From Thermoanaerobaculaceae bacterium (GTDB lineage Bacteria > Acidobacteriota > Thermoanaerobaculia > Multivoradales > UBA5704): 64,000 nucleotides of DNA. This document shows, in pieces, positions 46,558 through 56,642 of the stretch (positions within the stretch are counted from its first letter, which is position 1; every line of letters starts with the position of its first letter). The DNA is taken from contig CAVZUZ010000009.1 in assembly GCA_963778565.1 (NCBI GenBank), positions 868,418-932,417 on the forward strand, read 5' to 3'. The position numbers and the translations under genes were made by a program. A model generated the notes under the pieces. That model searched no databases, was not told the origin of the DNA, and was given only the letters and a program-made list of their open reading frames with translations.

Positions 46558-46964
46558 TTGAAACGCTTCTTGCTCTTCGCCCTGCCCCTTCTTATCCTCA
46601 CCATGGCCCTTTTCCGCTTCGCGCTGGAGGTGCTGGGGATGGCGCCCGATCCGGCGGCGCTCTCGCGCCTGGGGGCGGCGCAGCTTCCCGCTTGGGTGAT
46701 GCTGGCGACCTGGGCGCTGGAGGCCGTCGGCCTTGCAGCCCTGTTCCTGATGATCCACGGCCGCGGCGGCCGGCTGCTCGCCGGCCTGCTGGCGGGCTGG
46801 ATCGCCTGGGTCTTCCGCGGCCCCCTGCTGGTGGTGACCGTGGCGGGTCTCGCGGGCCTGCCGCCCGGGCCTTGGTGGGCATGGCTTTCTCCTGGTGGGT
46901 GCTCTACACGCTCTGCGGTCTGCTTCTCGGCGGGGTGGCGGCCGCCGCGGCTCTGCCGCCGTAG
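46558..46964 (+). CDS. Small integral membrane protein, frameshift near 46875
   Basis: About four hydrophobic segments spread over two frames. Confidence 0.55.
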
Positions 46965-47037
46965 CGCGCCGTCAGCCCGAGGCGTTGGCAGGCGCTGTGC
47001 TAGGCTTCCGCGCCGTGGGAACAGCGAGCCTCTGCGC

Positions 47038-48092
47038 TTGAAGATCGCCGCCGTCGGGCAAGCTCTCCCGCCTCACTACTACGACCAGGAGACGCTGCTC
47101 GCGGCTCTCCGGCGAGCCGCTGGTCGGACCGCTACTTCAACCTCGACCGCCTGGAGCGCCTGCACCAGAACGTCCTGGTGGGCGGCCGGCACCTGGCGCT
47201 GCCGCATCGAGGAGTACGACGGGCTCACCACCTGGGGGCAGGCGAACGACGCCTGGATCCGGGTGGCGCAGGAGGTCGGCGACGCAGGCGGTGCTCGACG
47301 CGCTCGCCCGGGCCGGCCTTTCGACGTCCGATGTGGACGCCCTCATCTTCGTCACGGTGACCGGCGTCGCCACCCCGTCGATCGACGCCCGGCTGATGAA
47401 CCGGCTGGCTCTGCCGCCGCGGGTCAAGCGGATGCCGATCTTCGGCCTCGGCTGCGTCGCCGGCGCGGCCGGGATCGCGCGCGCCGCCGACTACGTCCGC
47501 GCCTTTCCGGACCAGGTGGCCGTGCTCCTCTCGGTCGAGCTCTGCTCGCTCACCCTGCAGCCGGAGGACCTCTCGATCCCCAACCTGATCGCCTCGGGCC
47601 TCTTCGGCGACGGCGCCGCCGCCGTCGTGGTCACCGGCGAGGACCGGCCCGGCCGACGGACCGCGGATCGTCGCCACCCGCTCGGTCTTCTATCCCGACT
47701 CCGAGCGGGTGATGGGCTGGGACATCTCCGAAGACGGCTTCAAGATCGTCCTCTCGGCCGACGTTCCCCAGGTGGCCCGCGACAAGCTGCGGCCGGACGT
47801 GGACGCCTTCCTCGCCGACCACGGCCTGACCCGCGCCGACATCGCCTCCTGGGTCTGCCATCCCGGCGGCCCCAAGGTGCTGGAGGCGATGCAGGAGTCG
47901 CTCGAGCTGCCCGAGGGCGCGCTCGACGTCACCTGGCGGAGCCTGCGCGAGGTCGGGAACCTCTCCTCCACCTCGGTGCTGCTGGTGCTCGACGAGACCC
48001 TGGAGAAGCACCGGCCCGCCCCGGGCAGCTACGGCATGCTGATCGCCATGGGGCCGGGGTTCTGCTCGGAGCTGGTGCTGCTCCAGTGGTGA
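47038..48092 (+). CDS. Type III polyketide synthase (several frameshifts)
   Basis: Catalytic triad motifs GLGCVAG, CHPGG, GNLSS; also VELCS, LFGDG, MGPGF. Confidence 0.9.
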
Positions 48093-48114
48093 GGGGAGCG
48101 AGCCGACTTGTTTC

Positions 48115-48318
48115 TCATCGGCGCCCCGCGCGGTCCGATGTCGAGATTGGGCTGGACGGTAGCTCCTCGGGTCGTCCCAGCTCGGAATGTAACGCCCGAG
48201 CCTTCTCACGATAGAAGGCTATTCTTTCCTCTGGCGTCTTGCCTTCGAGCTCAGCGTAATGAGCATCACGAATTCGTCGTGTCATTTCAACAGCCTTGAT
48301 TCCAGAACGATCCTTCAT
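48115..48318 (-). CDS. Small protein, probable antitoxin partner of the PIN gene
   Basis: 67 aa (AVEMTRRIRD...EERIAFY) starting 3 nt after the PIN stop. Confidence 0.55.
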   Translation of the reverse strand: MKDRSGIKAVEMTRRIRDAHYAELEGKTPEERIAFYREKARALHSELGRPEELPSSPISTSDRAGRR

Positions 48319-48321
48319 TGC

Positions 48322-48788
48322 CTAGCCTCCTTCCAAATCTGTAACTTCTCGCGGGGAATAGATCTGTAACGGTTTATAGCCGAGCTCCAAGTTCACCGAA
48401 TTAAAGAGCCGGATCTTGTCGAAGCGTACAATGTGCTTGAAGTTCCAGCTCACAAGAAGATCGGCCTCGGCTACTGTTGCCAAGCAATATGCAAGCCATC
48501 ATCGTAATACTTCGGGGTGAGAATTGTTCGTCTCTGGTAACCATCTGCAAGCTCGATCGCCTCTTGGCTGGAGGTGACGAACTCATGCTCAAAGCCAAGA
48601 ATCTCACTATATTTCTCCCGCACCGACCCCGGAGCGTCCTTCACCTCAGCCGCTACAACGTCGGAAAGGATGGGCCTGAAGATGCCAGCCTTGAAATCGT
48701 TAACCAACCCATTCGACCAAGGCGCAAACTCCTCATCGAAGCAGCCTCCGATTACAGACGTGTCAATGTAGACTCTCGGTTTCTTCAT
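48322..48788 (-). CDS. PIN-domain (VapC-like) protein, frameshift near 48480
   Basis: VYIDTSVIGG.FDEEF, DGLHIA, LVSWNFKHIV; lower GC. Confidence 0.82.
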
Positions 48789-48889
48789 GGGATTGTGCCC
48801 TCACCCGTAGAGCCGCGGACCTGCCTGAGACCGCCCAGGATTATACGCTCGCTAACCGGACCCACGACACATGAGGCAAGGCTCCTTCT

Positions 48890-49399
48890 TCACCCCTTCG
48901 CCGGCCGAGCCCCCCGCACGTACAGCGCCCCGTGGAACGCCTTTCCAGGCCGGACCTCATGAATCCGCCGCGCCTGTGCCAGGCGGCGGAGGACCGTTGA
49001 GACCGCGGACGGCTTAACGGGCTTGTCCAGCTCGTCGCCGTAGCGCCGGTTGACCTCCGCGGCAATGGCGTGCGCTCCGAACTCCTCGCCCTCCGGCTGC
49101 CTCTCGACCACCCGGGCCACCAAGCGGCTCACCATCGGCGCTTTGCCGAAGCGGGGGATCTTCTCTTCCCGGGCGCTCTCCGGCTCGGCGGGCGGAGCCG
49201 TGTACTCCGCCGTTTCCTCGGCTGCGGTTTTGAACGCCTCGTAGCGCTGGCGGATCTTCTCGAGCTCGGCGTCGTGGAAGGCGTGCCGCTCGTGGTGGTG
49301 CGCCTCCTGGCTTGCATGGAAGGTCTTTCGCTCCTGATGGTGGGCGATTCTCGCCTGCAGCTTGGCGAGCACCTCTGCGACGGAAGGGCTCTTGCTCAT
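48890..49399 (-). CDS. Hypothetical protein, N-terminal coiled coil and possible C-terminal winged HTH
   Basis: VLAKLQARIAHH...LEKIRQRYE; IAAEVN...VSTVLRRL..IH.VRPG. Confidence 0.6.
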   Translation of the reverse strand: MSKSPSVAEVLAKLQARIAHHQERKTFHASQEAHHHERHAFHDAELEKIRQRYEAFKTAAEETAEYTAPPAEPESAREEKIPRFGKAPMVSRLVARVVERQPEGEEFGAHAIAAEVNRRYGDELDKPVKPSAVSTVLRRLAQARRIHEVRPGKAFHGALYVRGARPAKG

Positions 49400-50049
49400 G
49401 GCGTCTCCAAAGAATGGCGCGAGTTGCGTCTCGATCGCGTCAATTGGCATAATTGGCGGCTCGCTTCGGCTCCGAGTCGCGACACTATCATTGCTTCCTT
49501 GCCCGGCTCAACTGTTTCTGGCCCGCGAAAGGTTTGATACGTTGCATTCTCTCTCTGTTTTCAGCCAGGGCGAGATCAAAGTGGTGCAGTTTGCTCTGAG
49601 AACGGTGCATTCCCGAGCGATGACGAGCCGTGCCCTCTGTGAAAAGCACCGCGTGCTCCCCAATCTGGAGCGCGACGGCGAGCTGTCGCGCCATTTCGCC
49701 TCTATGGAGGCGCAGTTTTCCCTCGTTCTGAATTCATCCGAAGAGTTGTCGCGACATTGAGCCAGCATTCTGGCGAGTCGTGAGAGGGGAATGGCGCGTC
49801 GCGAGCTCGAGGCGCTTCACTTCGGGGTCGACGCGTTGCATTCCCCGAACAAAATGCACCGTTTCGAGGAGGGAACGAGGCATTCCCTGTTCGATGCGAG
49901 GCGTTGATAGAGAGGATCGCGTCACTTCAGACTCTTCGTGGGCCGTTTCGAGGAGGTGGTGCCACAAGACAGGCCTTCTTCGCGGCACTTTGCAGTTCTT
50001 TGCGCGTGGACGCCCCCCTTTTTCGGCCCGCCCCCGCTACTATCGCCGT

Positions 50050-50634
50050 ATGCGAGCCCTCCTCGGCCTCGACACCCGCGTCCTCTACACCATCCTCATC
50101 GGAATAATCGCCGCCGGCCGCCTCGTCGAGCTGCGGGTCGCGAAGCGGAACTTCCGGGCTCTCCTGGCCCGCGGGGGCGTCGAGGCGGCGCCGGAGCACT
50201 ATCGGTGGATGGTGCTCCTCCATACGGCCTTTCTCATCGCCTGCCCGCTCGAGGTCTGGCTCCTCGACCGGCCGTTCCTGCCGGCGTTCGGGTTGCCGAT
50301 GCTCCTTCTCGCCGCCCTGGCCGCGGCGCTCCGGTGGTGGGTGATCTCGACGCTCGACGGCCGCTGGACGACGCGCATCGTCTGCCTGCCTGGTGCGCCG
50401 CCGGTAACGGGCGGGCCGTACCGGTTCCTCCGCCATCCCAACTATCTGGCGGTCATCGTGGAGATGTTCGCTCTGCCGTTGATTCACACGGCTTGGCTCA
50501 CGGCGGGCGTCTTCAGCGTATTGAACGCCGTCATCCTCCGGGTGCGGATCCGTGCCGAGGAGGAGGCCCTTTCACGCTTCTCCGACTATGGCAAGGTTTT
50601 CGCAGGCCGATCACGACTGCTCCCGGGACGATGA
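50050..50634 (+). CDS. Isoprenylcysteine carboxyl methyltransferase family protein (SrsB/BpsB-like)
   Basis: RLVEL, HY..MVLLH, WTTRI, GPYRFLRHPNY, RIRAEE. Confidence 0.88.
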   Translation: MRALLGLDTRVLYTILIGIIAAGRLVELRVAKRNFRALLARGGVEAAPEHYRWMVLLHTAFLIACPLEVWLLDRPFLPAFGLPMLLLAALAAALRWWVISTLDGRWTTRIVCLPGAPPVTGGPYRFLRHPNYLAVIVEMFALPLIHTAWLTAGVFSVLNAVILRVRIRAEEEALSRFSDYGKVFAGRSRLLPGR

Positions 50635-50873
50635 ACGACGAGACCATTCTCGCAGGCATCCTGGAGGTGGCCCGCCTGCACCTCGGCTGGCAAGGGCCTC
50701 TGACTCCGGACATGCATCTCGTCGAGGATCTGCGCCTCGATTCGGTCCGCCTGCTGACCCTGGCGGCGGAGGTGGAGAACCATTTTCGCGTTTTTCTGGA
50801 CGAACTGGACGAAGGTGCCATCGAGACCGTGGGCGACCTCGTGACCGTCGTGCGGAGGAAGCTGGGTGGCTGA
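50631..50873 (+). CDS. Acyl carrier protein
   Basis: LVEDLRLDSV phosphopantetheine Ser motif, IETVGDL. Confidence 0.88.
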   Translation: MNDETILAGILEVARLHLGWQGPLTPDMHLVEDLRLDSVRLLTLAAEVENHFRVFLDELDEGAIETVGDLVTVVRRKLGG

Positions 50874-52639
50874 GACGATACCCGACTGGCTCGAACGGGC
50901 AGGCCGCCATCCCGAGGGTGGTCTCCGCGTTCTCGACCGGCACGAGCGGGAGACCTGGTTCGGGTGGGCGGAGGTGCGCGAGCGGGCGCTCGCCGTGGCG
51001 GGAGGCCTGCTCGCGCTCGGGATCGAGCGCGGCGACCGCGTGGCCCTCGTCTTCCCCACCGGCATCGAGTTCTTCGAGGCGTTCTTCGGCACGCTGCTCG
51101 CCGGCGCGGTGCCGGTGCCTCTGTATCCGCCGGTGCGGCTGGGCCGCATGGGCGAATACCTTCGGCGCACGGCACAGATGCTGGAGCTGTCCGGCGCCCG
51201 CCTGGTGCTGGCGGACCCGCGGGTGCGGCGCATCCTCGGCGAGGCGGTCGCGGCGGCGAAGCCGGCCCTCGGCTGCCGCACCCTGGGCGATCTGCCGCGG
51301 CAAGCAGCCGAGCCGATCGCCGTCGAGCCTTCCGATCTCGCCCTGGTCCAGTTCTCCTCCGGCACCACGGTGGATCCCAAGCCCGTGGCGTTGAGCCACC
51401 GGGCCGTGGCGGCGCAGACGGAGATCCTCAACGCGCTTCTGGCGGGACACCGAAGATCTGCGCCATAGCTGCGTCTCCTGGCTGCCGCTCTACCACGACA
51501 TGGGATTGATCGGCTGCGTCTTCCCCGCCCTGTCGCGCGACGCGACGCTGACGCTGATCGGGCCGGAGGTCTTCGTGGCCCGGCCGGCCGTGTGGCTGCG
51601 GGCGCTCTCCCGCTATCGCGCGACCATCTCGCCCGCGCCCAACTTCGCCTACAACCTGTGCGTGACCCGCATCGCCGACGCCGAGATGGACGGCGTCGAT
51701 CTGTCCGGCTGGCGGACGGCTCTCAACGGCGCCGAAGCCGTCGCGCCGTCCGTGCTGCACGCCTTCTGCGACCGTTTCTCTCGCTGGGGATTCCGGCCGG
51801 AGGCCCTCACGCCCGTCTACGGCCTCTCGGAGGCGGCTCTCGCCGTGACTTTCTCGGATCTCGCCCGGCCGTTTCGCAGCCGGCGCTTCGATCGCGAGGA
51901 CCTGTCGCGGAAAAACGTGGCCCGCGAGGCCAAGGAAGGCCGGGAGATCGTCTCGGTGGGCCGGCCCCTGCCGGGATTCCGCTTGCGGATTCTCGACGAG
52001 GCCGGGCGGGATCTCCCTGCCGCGAGGGTCGGGCGCCTGTGGATTCAGGGTCCCTCGTTGATGGAGGGTTACCTCGGCGATCCGGAGGCCACCGCCCGCG
52101 CGCTGCGCGACGGCTGGCTGGACACGGGCGACCTCGGCTTCGTGCACGACGGCGAGCTGTACCTCACCGGGCGCGCCAAGGACGTCGTCATCCTGCGCGG
52201 TCGCAATTACGCGCCCGAAGAGATCGAGCGGGCGGTCGAGGGCGTGCCCGGCGTTCGTACCGGCTGCGTGGTGGCGGCGAGCTGGCTGCCTGAAGAGGCT
52301 CCCGGCGAGGTGCTGGCCCTCTTCGTCGAGGCCTCACGGAAGGCCACCGCGGCGGAGCTCGAAGCCCTGCCCGAAGCCTGCCGCCAAGCGGTGCTCGGAG
52401 CCACCGGTCTCGCCGCCGACCGGGTGCGTGGCGCTGGCGCCCGGCACTCTGCCGCGCACCTCCTCCGGCAAGCTCCGCCGCGCCGAGACCCTGCGCCTCT
52501 ACCTCGCCGGCGAGCTGGTGCCGCCGGACCCGGTGACGCCGCTGCGGCTGGCCGGCGCGATGGCGCGGTCCAGCCTCGCCTTCACGCGGCTGCGTCTGGA
52601 GCGGCGCCCCTCGACGCAGAAGCCGAGGACGGGGAATGA
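50866..52639 (+). CDS. Fatty acyl-AMP ligase (FAAL), two frameshifts
   Basis: QFSSGTT, WLPLYHDMGLIG, PNFAY, YGLSEA, TGDLG, GRAKD, LPRTSSGK. Confidence 0.88.
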
Positions 52640-53740
52640 CCGGCGGCAAGACGGAGCTGCTCGTCGTCGGCGGCGGTCCGGCCGGGCTGGCCACCGCCAT
52701 TCGGGCGCGGCTCGCCGGGCTCGACGTCATCGTCATCGATCGCTCCCATCCCCCCGTCGACAAGGCGTGCGGCGAGGGCTTGATGCCCGATGCCGTGACG
52801 CGGCTGCGGGAGATCGGGGTCGAGCCGCGCGGGTTCCCTTTCCGCGGCATCCGCTACTTCGACGGCGAGGTCGTGGCCGAGGGAGTCTTCCCGCACGCCG
52901 GCGGTCTGGGAGTGCGGCGGACGGAGCTGCACGCGGCCCTCGTGCGGCGGGCCGAGGAGCTGGGGGCGGACCTGCGCTGGGGCGTCAAGGCGGAAGGGCT
53001 CGGCCCTGGGGGGGTGGAGACCGAAACACGGCACCTTCGAGGCACGCTGGATCGCGGGCGCCGACGGGCTGCGCTCCCACGTCCGCCGCTGGGCGGGGCT
53101 GGAGGCGGGCGAGGGATCCTTTCGCCGGTTCGGGGTGCGGCGTCACTTCACCATGCCTCCCTGGAGCGACTTCGTCGAGGTCTACTGGGGCCCCGCCTGC
53201 GAGGCCTACGTCACTCCCGTGAGCGGCGAGCAGGTGGGCGTCGCCATGCTCTGGAGCGGCGGCAAGGCGGGCTTCGACGATCTGCTCGAGAAGATTCCCG
53301 CTCTGCGCGACCGGATCGCCGGCGCCCCCGCCGCCTCGCGCGACCGCGGCGCCGGCCCGCTCCACCAGCGCGTGCGGGCGGTCCGGCGCGGCAACGTGGC
53401 GCTGGTGGGAGACGCCGCCGGCTACGTGGACGCCATCACCGGTGAAGGGCTGGCCGTGGCACTGCACGAGTCGGCGGCCCTGGTCGAAGCGATCCTGGCG
53501 GGCGACCTCGGCCGCTATGCGGCCGGCCACCGGCGCATCAATCGCCTCCCGAACACCATGACTTCTGTGGTGCTGGCGCTGGAGCGCCGGCCCCGGCTGC
53601 GCGCCCGTGCCGTCCGGGCGCTCGCCGCGGAGCCGGCTCTGTTCTCCCGCCTTCTGGGCATCCACGCGCGCACTCTGCCGCCACGCCGCCTGGGCGTGGA
53701 CGGCGCCCTGCGGCTGGCCTGGCGGCTGGTCGCGGCATAG
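52636..53740 (+). CDS. NAD(P)/FAD-dependent oxidoreductase/monooxygenase, frameshift near 53025
   Basis: GGGPAG, DKACGEGL, GADG, LVGDAAGYVDAITGEG. Confidence 0.85.
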
Positions 53741-53783
53741 GCCTTTTGCAGTCACGATGGCGCTTTGCGCCGAGGAGACAGCA

Positions 53784-54356
53784 ATGCTCCGCCGCAGGAC
53801 CGTTCCCCTGTTTCTGGCCGCCTGGTCGCTCGCTTCGGTCCTCTCCGCCGAGACGCTGACGTTCGAGCTCGATCCCAAGGCCACGTTCATCACGTTCACG
53901 TTCGGAGCCACCCTTCACACCGTCAACGGTGCTCTGCAGGCCAAGCAGGGTACGGCCCAGATCGACACCGAGACGGGCGCGGCCAGCGGCTGGATCGTGC
54001 TCGACGCCACCACCGCCACAACCGACAACTCCCGGCGCGACCGCAAGATGCACGAGAAGATCCTGGAGAGCAAGCGCTTCCCCGACATCGTCTTCGACGT
54101 GCAGCGGGTCAGCGGCAAGATCAACCGCACGGGACACAGCGACCTGCAGCTCCACGGCACTCTCGACTTTCACGGCGATCGCCGCTTCCTCGTCCTGCCG
54201 GTGGCCGTCATCAGCGAGGGGAATCGGGTGACTGTCACGGGAGACCTGCTCATCCCTTACGTGGAGTGGGGGCTCAAGGATCCGAGCTTCCTGCTGCTGC
54301 GGGTCGAAAAGGAGGTGCGGGTGAAGATCAAGGCGGTGGGGCGGCTGAGCGGGTAG
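53784..54356 (+). CDS. YceI-family lipid/polyisoprenoid-binding exported protein
   Basis: Signal peptide, HTVNG, TDNSRRDRKMH..LE..RFP.I.F, GTLDFHG. Confidence 0.8.
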   Translation: MLRRRTVPLFLAAWSLASVLSAETLTFELDPKATFITFTFGATLHTVNGALQAKQGTAQIDTETGAASGWIVLDATTATTDNSRRDRKMHEKILESKRFPDIVFDVQRVSGKINRTGHSDLQLHGTLDFHGDRRFLVLPVAVISEGNRVTVTGDLLIPYVEWGLKDPSFLLLRVEKEVRVKIKAVGRLSG

Positions 54357-54404
54357 GGTGGTTCAAAAGGACCTTGGCGGTCGGTTTGGCTCTGCCCTTC
54401 GAGA

Positions 54405-54446
54405 CCTCACCCCCTGGCCCCCTCTCCACGAAGTGGAGAGGGGGAA
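54405..54446. repeat. REP-like palindromic element
   Basis: cctcaccccc-tgg-ccccctctccac-gaa-gtggagagggg hairpin in intergenic space. Confidence 0.55.
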
Positions 54447-54562
54447 CAAAATCGAAATCCAATTAAGAGGTTCGGCTATGGCTTCACAGCTCGTCCTGGG
54501 AATGCCGCCCCCTTGATCACTGTTCCCCTGAACTGCTGCCGTAGGCCTAGAATAGGTCTCAT

Positions 54563-56125
54563 ATGAAGAAGCCCGTCCACGACTGGTCGCCCGTCCTCGC
54601 CGCCGAGCGGCCGGTGGAGCGCTTCTCCGCTCATGGCCGGCACCGCTTGGCGCTGGCCTACGCGAACACCTACCACGTCGGCATGTCGAGCCTCGGGTTC
54701 CAGCGCGTCTACGAGCTGGTCCACGGCCGGCCCGAGTGGTCCTGCGAGCGCTTCTTCCAGGACGGCTTCGGCATGCCGGTCTCGGTCGAGAGCCGGCGGC
54801 CGCTGGACGACTTCCGCTGCGTCGCCTTCTCCGTCTCCTTCGAGGAGGACTACGTCAACCTCCTCCAGATGCTCGATCGCGCCCGCATCCCGCTGCGCCG
54901 GCGCGACCGGCAGCGCTGGGACCCGGTGATCGTCCTGGGCGGCTCCTGCGCCGCGATCAACCCGCTGCCGATGTCGGAGTTCGTCGACGTCTTCGCCCTC
55001 GGCGCGGCCGAGAACGTCCTGCCCGCCCTGCTCGGCGCGCTGGAAGAGGAGGAGGACCGGGAGGCGGTGATCGAGCGTCTGGCGGCGCACGCCGGGTTCT
55101 ACGTTCCCGCCTTCCACTCTCCCGAGGAGGAGGGCGACGAGCTCCCCAAGCTCGACAAGCTCGAGCTGACCGAGGAGCAGATGAAGGCGCCGGGGCACCT
55201 GCCGACGACCGCCATCGTCACCCCGCGCACGGAGTTCTCGGAGAAGTTCCTGATCGAGATGTCGCGCGGCTGTCCCGAGAAGTGCCGCTACTGTTGGGCG
55301 ACCTTCGGCATGGGGCGCTTCCGCTGGCATCCCACCGAGTACATCCTGGCGTCGCTCGAGCGCGCCCGGCCGGTCACCGACCAGCTCGGCTTCGTGGCGA
55401 CCGCCGTGGGCGATCATCCGGACATCGAGCGCATCCTGGGCGAGGCCAATCAGCTCGGTTTCCGCACCTCGGTCTCCTCGATCCGCATTCCCGCCGTCAC
55501 CGAGGGCGTGCTCGCGGCGCTCCACGCCTCGGGCGACCGCTCGATCACCCTGGCTCCCGAGACGGGCACCGACGAGCTGCGGGCGAAGATGGGCAAGCCG
55601 ATCACCAACGAGGTCCTGCTGCGCAAGATCCGGCTGATCTTCCAGCACGGCTTCACCCACCTCAAGCTGTACTTCATCGTCGGCCAGCCGGGCGAGACGA
55701 TGGCGGACGTGCAGGGCATCCTCGACCTCGCGGCGCAGGCGCGATCGATCATGCTGGAGGAGGCCGCGAAGACGGGGGTGATCGGCAACATCCACCTCGG
55801 CGTCAGCGTGCTGGTGCCGAAGCCCTACACCCCCTGGCAGCGCGAGCCGATGGACGACGAGAAGAGCCTCAAGGAGAAGCTCGCGGCCCTGCGCAAGGGA
55901 GTGGCGCGGATGCCGAACGTGTCGATGGGCTCGGTCTCGGTGCGCCAGGCGATCTGGCAGACCTACATCAGCAAGGCCGGCAGCGACGCCGCCGACGCCA
56001 TCGAAGCGGCGGCCCGCGGCGAGTCGGTGAGCTCGCTCCTCCAGCGCTTCGCCCACAAGGTCCACCCGGAGGTCTACCGCCGGTTGGAGGGCGACCTGCG
56101 GTGGCACTTCATGCGGCAGGCATGA
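54563..56125 (+). CDS. Radical SAM protein with B12-binding-like N-terminus
   Basis: [39 protein letters not shown]. Confidence 0.85.
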   Translation: MKKPVHDWSPVLAAERPVERFSAHGRHRLALAYANTYHVGMSSLGFQRVYELVHGRPEWSCERFFQDGFGMPVSVESRRPLDDFRCVAFSVSFEEDYVNLLQMLDRARIPLRRRDRQRWDPVIVLGGSCAAINPLPMSEFVDVFALGAAENVLPALLGALEEEEDREAVIERLAAHAGFYVPAFHSPEEEGDELPKLDKLELTEEQMKAPGHLPTTAIVTPRTEFSEKFLIEMSRGCPEKCRYCWATFGMGRFRWHPTEYILASLERARPVTDQLGFVATAVGDHPDIERILGEANQLGFRTSVSSIRIPAVTEGVLAALHASGDRSITLAPETGTDELRAKMGKPITNEVLLRKIRLIFQHGFTHLKLYFIVGQPGETMADVQGILDLAAQARSIMLEEAAKTGVIGNIHLGVSVLVPKPYTPWQREPMDDEKSLKEKLAALRKGVARMPNVSMGSVSVRQAIWQTYISKAGSDAADAIEAAARGESVSSLLQRFAHKVHPEVYRRLEGDLRWHFMRQA

Positions 56126-56141
56126 TTAGGAAGGAAATGCC

Positions 56142-56531
56142 ATGAAGGCCATCCCAACAGCGCCCAAGAACATCGACGAATATATTGCGACCTTCCCCAA
56201 GGTAGTGCAGGAAATCCTGGAGAAGATAAGGCTGACGATTAAAAATGCGGCGCCGGACGCGGAAGAAAAAATCAGCTATCAAATACCCACCTTTACCCTG
56301 AACGGCAGCTATTTGATTTACTTTGCCGCCTATAAAGAGCATATCGGGCTTTATCCTGTGTCAATAGGGAATGCGGAATTCGACAAGGAGCTGTCTCTGT
56401 ATGTAGCCGGCAAGGGCACGGCGAAGTTCCCGTTGGACAAGCCGATTCCTTTCGACCTGATCGGCAAGATTGTGAAGCTCAAGGTGAAGGAGAGCCGGGA
56501 GAGAGCAGGAGCGAAGAGGAAGAAGAAGTAA
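56142..56531 (+). CDS. DUF1801 (YdhG-like) protein
   Basis: [39 protein letters not shown]; lower GC. Confidence 0.85.
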   Translation: MKAIPTAPKNIDEYIATFPKVVQEILEKIRLTIKNAAPDAEEKISYQIPTFTLNGSYLIYFAAYKEHIGLYPVSIGNAEFDKELSLYVAGKGTAKFPLDKPIPFDLIGKIVKLKVKESRERAGAKRKKK

Positions 56532-56642
56532 CTCCTTGCCCCGTGGTAACGTTGAAGGTCCCGCGGTACTTACCGTCTCCCTCATCGAATGCAGTCGATT
56601 GGCGCCGTGGGAAGCGACGGAGGCGGTGGCCGCAGCCCGCCG

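Noticed and set aside
49734-49736. Selenocysteine readthrough of the in-frame TGA
   Set aside because: No evident SECIS-like hairpin or redox-motif context. A nonsense mutation or error is simpler.
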